From: a virus
Taxonomy: Duplodnaviria > Caudoviricetes
Strand: one strand, 5' to 3'
Length of the DNA stretch: 43,923 bases
IMG/VR virus record: IMGVR_UViG_3300022917_000017
Span: 1 to 43,923 of that record
Shown here: positions 25,804-34,862 of the stretch, piece by piece
Layout: each line of letters opens with the position of its first letter
Position numbering within the stretch: position 1 is the stretch's first letter
Program-made: the position numbers and the translations under genes
The notes under the pieces: model-generated
The model's input: only the letters and a program-made list of their open reading frames with translations
Told to the model about the DNA's origin: nothing
Databases searched by the model: none

Positions 25804-27182
25804 CCGAAAATCAAGGTTACTTTAAGTCCCTTTGCGGTTCCGTTACCGATCTGATCAACATCTATGGTTATCTCCGCATCGTCAGCCAATGCAGAGTCAG
25901 ATATTACCGCAGGCGTTGCCGCCGTGGTGCTAGTCTTCTCTGTGTTGTCGATGGTAAGTTTCGTTGAAAGAACCGACGTGCCACCTTCGTTTATGTCAAC
26001 CGTGAAGATGTTACCGGATACCTGAGCTGTTGCAAGGCTGGCCCGAACACCTACCAGAGTCGCGGCGTACGGCATTCTGAATGTTACCTTTGCTGTGCCT
26101 GCTGTGATGGCTGTGGTTTCGTCAGAGCACGCTACTTGAATGCGTTGTAAGTCGTCCGCGTAGGCCTTTGCATTGTTCTCGGCGGCTGTTGCTGCCACTG
26201 CGATAGCCGCAGTAATAGCGGACTGGCTTACCAATGGACCAAGCGATCCTGAAACGAGGAACACTTCTGCTCCCTGGTGAATGATTGCCGCCCCGCCGAC
26301 ATAAACCCGCATGTTGAATGCGTTGATATCCTGGTATGGACCTTCTGTTATCTGGATATAATCGTTAGTGCCGTCCTGTTTATAAAAGAATGATGTCCAT
26401 CCTTTACTAAGACCTAGCGTCGGAGTTACCGAAGCTATGCCGTTGTATGTCATAACAATGACAGCGTTACGGTGTTTCTCTTCAAGTAGGAAGTTCTGCT
26501 CGGCTATTACGAATATCTCAGGCCGGGTAATGCCGGTCCAGACGTTGTTCCAATAAAGCATTAGGTCATCCTTCTCGACAGATCCTACGACCATACCCTC
26601 GGCCGGTGCGGCAACACCAGAAAGGCTTGAAACGATGTTGAAAAGGAATGCTTTGGTGTTGCTTATAAGTTGTAAGATAGATGACCCGTTAATCGTTGTG
26701 CCACCTATCACAAGACCAGACAGGTTATTGAACCATGCAGGAGAACTACTCCCTTCGCCTTCAAATCCGAAGCCGGCGGCAGACTTGAAGTACAGAGTTG
26801 TGTTGCTCCACAGCACAGACCAGTTATTACCTATCCACCGGAAGAAGCCTATGTTTGAATCGTCCGTACCCCACTGCGCACCGAAGTCATTGCCCGGGAT
26901 AAGCACGTCACGAATAAGCACACTGCCTAATGTGATGTTATCATCTACCAGCTCAACGCCACCGGAAACGGTAGCGTCAAGACCTCCACCTCCGCCACCA
27001 CCCGAAGATGTTGCTGATACGGTTATCTTGTTACCTACGCGTTCCACGTGGAACGATACGCTGTCGCTGTCAACAAAGTCTATCCGGTTGGTTTTACCCT
27101 TCGAGACGCCGTTTGATGACACCGAAACACCTTCGATCCATCCTATGTGAATTTCTTTGCCTAGTACTTCTACCGTTATCAT
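25800..27182 (-). CDS. Tail fibre-like protein with C-terminal adaptor domain
   Basis: Gly linker; short coiled coil; C-terminal ACSDETT...KVTFRMPYA...VDQIG...KGLKVTL domain. Confidence 0.7.
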   Translation of the reverse strand: MITVEVLGKEIHIGWIEGVSVSSNGVSKGKTNRIDFVDSDSVSFHVERVGNKITVSATSSGGGGGGGLDATVSGGVELVDDNITLGSVLIRDVLIPGNDFGAQWGTDDSNIGFFRWIGNNWSVLWSNTTLYFKSAAGFGFEGEGSSSPAWFNNLSGLVIGGTTINGSSILQLISNTKAFLFNIVSSLSGVAAPAEGMVVGSVEKDDLMLYWNNVWTGITRPEIFVIAEQNFLLEEKHRNAVIVMTYNGIASVTPTLGLSKGWTSFFYKQDGTNDYIQITEGPYQDINAFNMRVYVGGAAIIHQGAEVFLVSGSLGPLVSQSAITAAIAVAATAAENNAKAYADDLQRIQVACSDETTAITAGTAKVTFRMPYAATLVGVRASLATAQVSGNIFTVDINEGGTSVLSTKLTIDNTEKTSTTAATPAVISDSALADDAEITIDVDQIGNGTAKGLKVTLIFG

Positions 27183-27544
27183 GACTTCGCGTCTTTAGGG
27201 CCATAGGTAAAGTCCGCGTACCCATTAAGCCAGGTTTCTTTCGTATCTGTCCTATACAGTTCCCAGTAGTATTGTCCTTCTGGTATGTTGGTTTGGTCCG
27301 AGGTGAAGAAGGCTTCCAGTTTATTGATTTCATAAACCGGAATACTCAGCCCGTCGCCCAACGTCAACGTGATGATTTTCTTTCTATCCCCCGGGTATCG
27401 TGATATGAATAGCTCGAATCCCCACGCAGTAATGTCTACTTCTTCACAGTTCTCCGTAAATACAAAAGGTAGCGTGCCGTCCCGGTTAATTCGGAACTGC
27501 AAAAGCACGCGGCGTGCGGGGTCTATCGATGATCGCTTATTCAT
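27179..27544 (-). CDS. Fibre-attachment/BppU-like small structural protein
   Basis: VDIT.W.FEL, L..GDGL and G.YYWEL...TWL.G pattern. Confidence 0.55.
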   Translation of the reverse strand: MNKRSSIDPARRVLLQFRINRDGTLPFVFTENCEEVDITAWGFELFISRYPGDRKKIITLTLGDGLSIPVYEINKLEAFFTSDQTNIPEGQYYWELYRTDTKETWLNGYADFTYGPKDAKS

Positions 27545-28082
27545 TGTTCTGAATCGATCTTGCGACGTTTAAATTTATCTGCCCGTAGCTGCATCCGTGG
27601 ATGGCCGTGATTGAAAAGTTGTTCACAGTTCCGCCACCGCACGAGTCGAACAGCGGGTATGCGGATGCGTTTGTTACTCGAATCGACTTTATGTAGTTCG
27701 TGATCTCGTTCTGGTACTTGACAAACTGCGCCTTTACGTGCTTCTCTAGCGAGTACATTTGAATGTCTTCCGCTAGAGAACTGTTGTCGTCGTTGAAAGT
27801 TCGCATGCCGGTAGGCGTAGCTGTTACGTTCGCGAATTTCAGGTAGTGGAAGTACGTCCGCCACGCCAGGTACTTCTTTATTGCCTCTTCATACAGGTTG
27901 CTGTTATCCTCGGTTAACTCATTCGCGTTGTACTGAGTAGTCAACTCAGTAAAATACGCACGTCCTAAAATTCCTTTCAGGTCGTCCTCAGACATGTCCA
28001 GGCACATTGCGTATTTCTTGTCGTCCTCGTTCAACGACAGAAAGCATGCCTCGTTAAGGTAGTGTAGTGGTATCAGCGGCAT
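27537..28082 (-). CDS. Head-tail adaptor/connector (DUF6712-like)
   Basis: Follows the portal; L..ILG..Y..L, IK.YLAW, T..G.R, YPLF. Confidence 0.65.
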   Translation of the reverse strand: MPLIPLHYLNEACFLSLNEDDKKYAMCLDMSEDDLKGILGRAYFTELTTQYNANELTEDNSNLYEEAIKKYLAWRTYFHYLKFANVTATPTGMRTFNDDNSSLAEDIQMYSLEKHVKAQFVKYQNEITNYIKSIRVTNASAYPLFDSCGGGTVNNFSITAIHGCSYGQINLNVARSIQNNE

Positions 28083-29844
28083 CTTCTTCAGGGGTTACTA
28101 GGAACACGTCTGTATCTACATCCGAAAGGCCCGTGCGGCCCTGTATCATAATCTTTGCCTGTTCGTAGGTGTACTCTCCTTTGTTGTACCTCCTTTGAAT
28201 ACCGGCGATGAATTGAAGGTCTTTAGCTGTTAGCTTGCGTATTGCTTCGCTAACCGGCTTCTCCTGTGTTGTTGGGTCAATAACATCGGGAACTACTCCG
28301 GGTTCTACCGGAGCTGAACCAGGCATGCCAGGTGCTGGCGTGGTCCCTTTCTGTAGCATGCGCGCCGCATCTTCGGGCTTGATGCCGAAAAGTATCTGTA
28401 GGATATTGGAAGCTTGCGGTTCTGTAACCGTGCCTGCTGCGTACTGCGCAAGTATCTCCATCAGAGCTTGCGATCCGCCTACGCCGATAACCTCGATAAG
28501 TGTTTTCTGTGACGGAGCCGATGCCTCTGGGATGTCCTGAAGAGGGGCCGAAGGGAAGTTCTTCTTTACAAACTCCCGCTTTTCTGCGGCAGTCAATACG
28601 TCCCAAAACTTATCATCAAGTTCAACCGGTGTCGTTACCGGCGTGAAGTGTTGAATGTCAACAGTAAGACGAACACCCATGCCAGGGAGCAAAACTTTGT
28701 TGTAAAAGTTCATCAGCACTTTTTGGAACGGCGTGCACCGAGACTGCATAAGCTCTACCGCTTTCTGCATTTCAGACCCACCGGAGCCGAGCGATACGCC
28801 TTCCGAGATGTTCGCCAGAATCGGCGGAACCCGGCGTGCGATCGTGATGTTTTTTGTGGTGATGTCCTGTAATGCCAGGAAAAGATCAGCGTTAGCGCTG
28901 GTAGGGAATGGCTCAACCTCGGGTAGTGATGCATTGTTTAATCCCCAAAGTGCCATTACTCCGCCCATACGTTTCGAGCCTGAGAAATTTGCAGCCATGT
29001 CCTCCGCAAACTCCTGACCATTAGTCTTTGTAGACTTACCTGTTTTAGAATCGACGTATTTCGGATTAGTTGACCACGCGTTTGGATCTCCGATCATTTT
29101 CAACAGGACCGACTGAAACCAGCCGTTGTCCATGTTGGCCGCGTGCGCGGTCTGGATCTTACCGTCTATGTAGATCCACTTCTGTGCCGACCAGAAAGTA
29201 GGCACAGGGTAGAATCTATGGATGGGACTCGTTTTGCCGTAGTAGAAAACCTGTCCGGGGTATCCTTTGTATTCCGGGTCTTCGTTGTATTGCGAAGCTT
29301 TTAACTCGTCGTCGATGGTTTTAGGATTCCACACCGGATAGCATTCGGTGTAGTGCCTACGCCATTGTTCGGTACCAAAATATGGGTTGTGCTTGATTGA
29401 CGTGATTATCGGCGACCCTTCAGCGGGCATTGTCATCCGGCATCCCTCGAACCCGAGCATGTACGCTTGGGTTATTTTCCCTTTCGGGTTGTATTTTAGG
29501 TTAACCGCAAATCCTTCGAACAGCGCCAAGCATTCCGATAACGACTCGTGCAACTCCCAAAGAGAGGTGCCGGTATCGTCGATTACAAGGTCCATTAATG
29601 CGGGGTCAGAGAATCCTGCCCCTTTTATAAACTGCGCTACCGTTGCCGTGCACGATGAAGCCGCAGGGCTTTCCTCTACCGCCTGGGCAATACGTAAAGG
29701 CAAAGCGTCGTCGTCACCGTATCGTATGGTGTCTTCTGACCAGTTCTTTTGCTCTGGTACTGCTTTCTCACGCTTTAGATTTTGCGGCCCGCTTGCCGGT
29801 AGAAATGAAACTGACGGGCTATATTTCCTTTTAGAACGGCGCAT
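28054..29844 (-). CDS. Portal protein with C-terminal extension
   Basis: YG.DD..P..I...V..SP.A..C, G.GF, FEGFA, YPVP, N..NG; likely start ATG 29844. Confidence 0.85.
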   Translation of the reverse strand: MRRSKRKYSPSVSFLPASGPQNLKREKAVPEQKNWSEDTIRYGDDDALPLRIAQAVEESPAASSCTATVAQFIKGAGFSDPALMDLVIDDTGTSLWELHESLSECLALFEGFAVNLKYNPKGKITQAYMLGFEGCRMTMPAEGSPIITSIKHNPYFGTEQWRRHYTECYPVWNPKTIDDELKASQYNEDPEYKGYPGQVFYYGKTSPIHRFYPVPTFWSAQKWIYIDGKIQTAHAANMDNGWFQSVLLKMIGDPNAWSTNPKYVDSKTGKSTKTNGQEFAEDMAANFSGSKRMGGVMALWGLNNASLPEVEPFPTSANADLFLALQDITTKNITIARRVPPILANISEGVSLGSGGSEMQKAVELMQSRCTPFQKVLMNFYNKVLLPGMGVRLTVDIQHFTPVTTPVELDDKFWDVLTAAEKREFVKKNFPSAPLQDIPEASAPSQKTLIEVIGVGGSQALMEILAQYAAGTVTEPQASNILQILFGIKPEDAARMLQKGTTPAPGMPGSAPVEPGVVPDVIDPTTQEKPVSEAIRKLTAKDLQFIAGIQRRYNKGEYTYEQAKIMIQGRTGLSDVDTDVFLVTPEEDAADTTTLP

Positions 29845-29850
29845 TGTGCC

Positions 29851-29904
29851 CAAAAGTACGCGTATCTGGGCATGTAAAAGGAATCGGTATCAATTCATGT
29901 TACC
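29851..29904 (-). promoter_or_regulatory. Putative late promoter of the portal operon
   Basis: GGTAACA-N5-TGATACC, 27 nt, TACTTTTG, 6 nt, ATG. Confidence 0.7.
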
Positions 29905-30115
29905 ACTTACTGCCGTCGGGGTGTTCGCATGTTTCGTCTGTCAGTCGGGTCTTTGCGATAAGAGGGCAACCGCACATGCCGCATGCGATCCATCGGCGGC
30001 GATCGCACGGCTTGCAGTGCTTCATCCTTTCACGGCTCAACGGTGTGTTTCCACCAGTTATAACAAACCACCAAGCAGTAGCAAATCTTGCGATCCACTG
30101 AACTTTTCTTCCCAT
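29900..30115 (-). CDS. Cys-rich small protein (DUF6171-like)
   Basis: R...C..C......C..CGC.L.AK......C......KW; likely ATG 30115. Confidence 0.7.
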   Translation of the reverse strand: MGRKVQWIARFATAWWFVITGGNTPLSRERMKHCKPCDRRRWIACGMCGCPLIAKTRLTDETCEHPDGSKW

Positions 30116-30804
30116 TCTTTTACCCGTTGTTCGTCTGAATATTCGTAGTGGCAACCTAGTCCGAAACGCTTGTTCTTTTCACTCATACGGGGCCTGTATA
30201 GCGCGTGTCGATCGACAAGACGCTGCGGTCCACCGATGTTACGATAGTGCATTAGAAGCAGGCTGCTATCAGCATACACAACATTACCAGTCGGTTTAGC
30301 AACGTGGCATCCGTACTTGTAATTGATCTCCTTTATCTCCTTCGGATTAAACACCGCAAGCTTTGAATAGTTCTCGTTGCGGTATCCGTTCTGTACCTCA
30401 AAGAAGTTTAGCCTTGGCATCTCATGAGACACAACATCGAATCCAATAGTTTTGATTATCGTCGCACCGGAATCACTAGCCTTGTAAAGGTGATCTCCCG
30501 TCGTTGGCCCAGAGTACAGGTTATGGCCATCCCAAAGAATCTCGTCGGCATCTACAATGATCACCCAGTCCGCTTTAGACTTCTTCCAGCAGTTGTTTTT
30601 AACTGTCAGGTAGTCGTCGTCGGATAGAACACCCGGCGTTCCGAAATGCTTAACCTCTGCACCCATTGATCTGGCGATGTCCGGCGTTCCGTCGTTCGAG
30701 TAGTTGTCGAACAGAGTCACCTTCTCGCAGAATCCGAAGTAGTGCTTCAGCGTGAGGTGTATAGTCTCACTTTCGTTCCAACCTACGATAAACGCTTCAA
30801 CCAT
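30058..30804 (-). CDS. Glycosyltransferase, GT2/GT92-like (GT-A fold)
   Basis: WNE...L.HY, FDNYS.DGT, DWVIIVDADE. Confidence 0.85.
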   Translation of the reverse strand: MVEAFIVGWNESETIHLTLKHYFGFCEKVTLFDNYSNDGTPDIARSMGAEVKHFGTPGVLSDDDYLTVKNNCWKKSKADWVIIVDADEILWDGHNLYSGPTTGDHLYKASDSGATIIKTIGFDVVSHEMPRLNFFEVQNGYRNENYSKLAVFNPKEIKEINYKYGCHVAKPTGNVVYADSSLLLMHYRNIGGPQRLVDRHALYRPRMSEKNKRFGLGCHYEYSDEQRVKEWEEKFSGSQDLLLLGGLL

Positions 30805-31670
30805 TCGAGTATCTGTTTTTTAAGTCCGTCGTATGTGTACCACTGAAAGTAAATGTCGCTGCATCGATCGATCAAATCTGCGAAAGAACCAAATACCGTA
30901 GACTTAAATGTATTATCCAAAGTTTCAACTAGGAACATATCCATCCATTCGGCGTCGCCACTAAAAAGTGGAATGTCTGTTGCCTTCCCTTGTAATGTCC
31001 AACCACCAGGAATTATGTGATCGTCAGAAATGTAAATAGGAATTGTAAGGTATTGCAAAGCTTCGCATATCCTGAACGATGTCTTCCCGTATCCACGCGG
31101 GCACAATGCAAAAACAGAATCGTTCATAACCTCGCAGAACTGTTCTATAGTATGAGGCTTTGTGCTGATATAGTAACGGTGCCGCTGGCCTAATGGTATC
31201 GCATCGATCATGTGCTGGCGCATCGGGTGTGTTATCGATCCTATGAAGCACGCGAGGTACTTCCGTTCGAGATGGTTTATTTTCTTGAACGGGTACGGAT
31301 GCGGCATGCACACCAACGGTATCGGGCAGTCAATCCTTCCGCCGCCTGATCCGAATACTTTAATATCCAGGTCTTTGAAGTCAACGAGCGGCCCGTCGTC
31401 GTACTGCGTGATCGTGAAGTACTTCTTCGATCGATCGAGTCCGTCTATGTACGCCTGTAGGTCGTGCATCTTTCGGCCCTTGCCGTATTCGTTGTTGACC
31501 TGGAATGAGCACCAGAACACTGGCAAATAGTACCTTTCGCTATAGGTTGGGTTTGCTGAAAAAATAAATTTGCAAGAATCGTAAAACCACTCTTCGAATA
31601 TCTGCTTGTTGTCAGGTGGATACTCGACCCTGATCCGGGGCCGGAACATTTCTGGTACGTTCTCTATCAT
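30783..31670 (-). CDS. Exostosin-family (GT47) glycosyltransferase
   Basis: FIGS.THP.R, S.FALCPRGYG.TSFR..EA, IPIYISD. Confidence 0.88.
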   Translation of the reverse strand: MIENVPEMFRPRIRVEYPPDNKQIFEEWFYDSCKFIFSANPTYSERYYLPVFWCSFQVNNEYGKGRKMHDLQAYIDGLDRSKKYFTITQYDDGPLVDFKDLDIKVFGSGGGRIDCPIPLVCMPHPYPFKKINHLERKYLACFIGSITHPMRQHMIDAIPLGQRHRYYISTKPHTIEQFCEVMNDSVFALCPRGYGKTSFRICEALQYLTIPIYISDDHIIPGGWTLQGKATDIPLFSGDAEWMDMFLVETLDNTFKSTVFGSFADLIDRCSDIYFQWYTYDGLKKQILEWLKRLS

Positions 31671-32290
31671 GATTTTATATAGTAAGCATCACCCCAAGAA
31701 AACGAACCGCACCACTTTGTTTCTACGCACCTGAATCCGAACTTCGCTACGTACTCGTCGATCTCTTCAACCAAAGGGCACCCTACGTACATCGGCGCTT
31801 TGTTAACCTCGATATACAACCATTTGAATTCCTCTAGTCTTGAACCTAAGCTTTTTAAAGCCATCAGTTCAGCACCTTGAAGATCCAGGTTAAGCATATC
31901 ACATTCCAAGGGGAAGTCTGCAAATAGCGTATCAAGTCGAGTTGTTGTGACCTCTATCCTGGAATCGTACACAACGTCAGGGTGCTCTGTCTTATGTATT
32001 CCAAGCTCAAGCAGCGACGAACTTTGCCCTTCATTGTTGGCAATGTTGAACCAAGTCGTGTCACCGTCTACATCGCTGATGCACGCATTTATTGCCATAG
32101 CATCCATGTACTGGCGGGTGTTCTCTTTCAGTTTTTCGTACACTTCCGGGATAGCCTCAATGAATATCATTCTATTACAGCCAATGGCGGCATACTCCGG
32201 AGCCTCCTGCCCAAAGTGCGCGCCAACGTGAAGCACGCCTTTCGGCTTCATCCCGTAGCGCTGTGCTAGTTGTCTAAAGGGTATTAGCAT
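31667..32290 (-). CDS. FkbM-family SAM methyltransferase
   Basis: HVGAHFGQE, EA.P, SSSLL, RLD, LNLDLQGAEL, EV. Confidence 0.9.
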   Translation of the reverse strand: MLIPFRQLAQRYGMKPKGVLHVGAHFGQEAPEYAAIGCNRMIFIEAIPEVYEKLKENTRQYMDAMAINACISDVDGDTTWFNIANNEGQSSSLLELGIHKTEHPDVVYDSRIEVTTTRLDTLFADFPLECDMLNLDLQGAELMALKSLGSRLEEFKWLYIEVNKAPMYVGCPLVEEIDEYVAKFGFRCVETKWCGSFSWGDAYYIKS

Positions 32291-33335
32291 CGTATTGTGT
32301 TTTTATCCAAAAATAAGTTTTCTCCATTCCTTCAAACAAGCATACTTTAGGCTCCCAATCTAACTCTTTACGTATTTTATCGTTATCCGAGTTTCTACCG
32401 TTAACCCCTACTGGCCCGTCTATGTTCTTAATTATGAACGAAAATTCTGAGTCGTCATGGATTGTAATAGCCATATCCGCTAAACGGTTTATAGTAACAG
32501 ACTCTTCACTTCCTATGTTTATCGGTTCATTATAGTCAGACTGCATCAACAGCCTCACAGCATCAATACAGTCGTCAATGTAAAGGAATGATCTGGTTTG
32601 ATTACCTGTACCCCAAACCTCGATGAACTTTGCTGTTAACCATCGATCTGCATAATCATTGAAGTATTCCTGTTCTTTTGCCTCTATTACCTTCCTGCAC
32701 ATCGCAGCAGGAGCCTTCTCCTTCCCGCCTTTCCATGTTCCCATCGGCCCGTAGATGTTGTGGAAACGACCGATGCGTACGTTCAGACCGAAGTTACGAG
32801 CGTATGACATGTACAGCCTTTCCGAGAATAGCTTTTCCCAGCCATACTCGCTATCTGGGTTGGCCGGGTACGCGTCTGTTTCCTTCAACCCTGGGTGGTT
32901 CGGTTCCTCCTGAATGTGCCCAGGGTAGATACACGCCGACGAAGAGTAGAACAGTTTGCCGCATCCGTTGCGCACCGCGAGGTCAGCGACGTTCAAGTTT
33001 ATCAGCGCGGAGTTCTTCATGATGTTCGCATCGTGCTCACCGGTGAACACGTATCCCGCACCACCCATGTCCGCAGCAAATTGGTAAACTTCATCGAAGT
33101 ACCCAGGGTTACCGACTGAGCTTTGACCCGGCCCCCACATCACACGCGAAGCAAAGTCATGGTTTGTCATGTCGCCCTGCACAAACTCGTCTAAGTCCGT
33201 TGGATACTCAAGCCTTTTGATGTCAACGCCGCGAACCCAATAACCCTCTGACTTTAATCGGCGCGCCATGTGTCCACCCACAAATCCCGCCGCTCCGAGT
33301 ACTATAGCTGTTTTCTGTCCTAATGGTATTTTCAT
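32274..33335 (-). CDS. GDP-mannose 3,5-epimerase-like extended SDR
   Basis: GAAGFVG, AADMGGAG, SSSACIYP, YGWEK, RFHNIYGP.GTW.GG.EKAPAA.CRK; likely start ATG 33335. Confidence 0.9.
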   Translation of the reverse strand: MKIPLGQKTAIVLGAAGFVGGHMARRLKSEGYWVRGVDIKRLEYPTDLDEFVQGDMTNHDFASRVMWGPGQSSVGNPGYFDEVYQFAADMGGAGYVFTGEHDANIMKNSALINLNVADLAVRNGCGKLFYSSSACIYPGHIQEEPNHPGLKETDAYPANPDSEYGWEKLFSERLYMSYARNFGLNVRIGRFHNIYGPMGTWKGGKEKAPAAMCRKVIEAKEQEYFNDYADRWLTAKFIEVWGTGNQTRSFLYIDDCIDAVRLLMQSDYNEPINIGSEESVTINRLADMAITIHDDSEFSFIIKNIDGPVGVNGRNSDNDKIRKELDWEPKVCLFEGMEKTYFWIKTQYDANTL

Positions 33336-33499
33336 ATAAATATTGATGCAATAAATAATCCAAAGAGACCAGCAGTAAGATAAAATAGAACCCAATTTAA
33401 ATTGTCATTATATCTATATCTTAATCTATGCATGGCAATAATAGAGCATACATTACTAATCCCCGTAGCGATTAGAAGTATAATTGTTATTTTACTCAT
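33332..33499 (-). CDS. 55-aa two-TM protein inside the glycan operon (not in ORF track)
   Basis: MSKITIILLIATGISNVCSII...WVLFYLTAGLFGLFIASIFI; ATGA overlaps at both ends; AT-rich. Confidence 0.7.
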   Translation of the reverse strand: MSKITIILLIATGISNVCSIIAMHRLRYRYNDNLNWVLFYLTAGLFGLFIASIFI

Positions 33500-34230
33500 A
33501 GTGCCATTATTTTACCAGTGATTTCATTGAAAAGCCCTGGCACTTTCCGGTTGTGTTCCTTGTAGTGCGACCCGTCGTGTATCAGGTGGTCGTACTGCAT
33601 CCCGGGAACTACGTACATCGCGTTGCCTGCCTTCAGCCAGTTGTAAAGTTGGTAGACAGTATCGCAGGTCCACGGGTTAAAGTTAGGATCGAACACACGA
33701 AGGTACTCTTTAACAGGCACAACGTAGTTCGCGCAGTTGATCAGGCAGTCGAAACGCGTGTCTGCCATGGTTGGTATGTGCTGCTTGATCGAATCCTTTG
33801 TAAGGTACGATGCCGCGAACGGAGCATAATTGAAGTGCGGTCGTGCGAATTCAGGGGCCAGTATCGTCTTCCCGTCCCAGTATTGCTCCGGAACTTCGAA
33901 CAGCGCGTCAAGGTATGACGTGTCGATCACGTTGTCGCTGTCGAGTATGATCGCATACTGGTATTCAGGATCTACTTTTGACAAAGCCATTGCCTTGTTG
34001 TGATAGCATCCTAGATTCTTACCGTTCTTAAAAAGAATCATCTTACCAACGTTCATTGCTTGGAATTCCCCAGCTACCTCTCGATAGAACTTATCGTCAG
34101 AGCAGTCGTCAGAAATTATAATCTCACCAATCCGGGGATCAGTGATAATATTCTCGAATGACTTGAAAAGCAAGTCTACCCGATTGTAGTTCGTAATACA
34201 CAGCGCTACTTTCCGTTGTTCGCCCACCAT
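33496..34230 (-). CDS. GT2-family glycosyltransferase
   Basis: ITNYNR, EIIISDDCS, N.G...NK, ILDSDN; likely start ATG 34230. Confidence 0.88.
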   Translation of the reverse strand: MVGEQRKVALCITNYNRVDLLFKSFENIITDPRIGEIIISDDCSDDKFYREVAGEFQAMNVGKMILFKNGKNLGCYHNKAMALSKVDPEYQYAIILDSDNVIDTSYLDALFEVPEQYWDGKTILAPEFARPHFNYAPFAASYLTKDSIKQHIPTMADTRFDCLINCANYVVPVKEYLRVFDPNFNPWTCDTVYQLYNWLKAGNAMYVVPGMQYDHLIHDGSHYKEHNRKVPGLFNEITGKIMAL

Positions 34231-34859
34231 ACAAAACCGTCCTCCGTGTTTATAACTGGAAAAGATGCGTTCACTGCTCTTGTTACACCTGGGTAGCTCA
34301 CGTGCTTGTAGTCGTGCCCTGCGATTATGCCTCCTGGCCGTACGCACTGACGCCAAAGTTCAATGTCTGCCATTACATCACCGAAGGTATGACGACCGTC
34401 TATGAAAACGAAATCCAACTTCTCACCTGGGTCTAACTCGTCGAAAAGAACAGTGGCCCATGCTTCGTGAGAAGACTGTCTGATAAGTTCCTGACGGTAA
34501 TCGAATCTTTTAAGCCGGTGTAGCGCGTGTAGGTAAAGCTCTTCGTACTCGGCCTCTCCGAACTTCTTACCAGCTTGTAAAGCGTCAACTCCGCCGTTGT
34601 CAGTAAGTAGTGATTCAGGCATCGCGTACCCGTCCGTGCTGTTGTAGTCCGGCGTGTACGGATCAACGCAATACAGCTTCTTTAAACCAACGCAATTCGA
34701 TAGCATAGCGTCAGCATGCCCGCCGTACGCTACGCCTATCTCAGCGCCTGTAGTGAATCCTCGCTCGTTGATTATGCGCGGCATCACGTGGTAGTAAAGC
34801 TTTCCCCAGTTCTCGTCCGCGTCCCGGGCCATGCTCTTAATGATCTTGTGTAGTTCCAT
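34206..34859 (-). CDS. Class I SAM methyltransferase (Methyltransf_24-like)
   Basis: GAEIGVAYG, VDP, DFVFIDGRH, VRPGGIIAGHDY. Confidence 0.9.
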   Translation of the reverse strand: MELHKIIKSMARDADENWGKLYYHVMPRIINERGFTTGAEIGVAYGGHADAMLSNCVGLKKLYCVDPYTPDYNSTDGYAMPESLLTDNGGVDALQAGKKFGEAEYEELYLHALHRLKRFDYRQELIRQSSHEAWATVLFDELDPGEKLDFVFIDGRHTFGDVMADIELWRQCVRPGGIIAGHDYKHVSYPGVTRAVNASFPVINTEDGFVWWANNGK

Positions 34860-34862
34860 AAT

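Noticed and set aside
29387-30148. 253-aa plus-strand ORF
   Set aside because: Antisense to the portal, Cys-rich and GT genes; crosses a promoter.
34231-34356. N-terminal extension of the GT2 ORF in the track (similarly 33336-33395, 12232-12270, 14213-14317, 19351-19428)
   Set aside because: These overlap upstream genes or RNA elements; downstream starts fit better.
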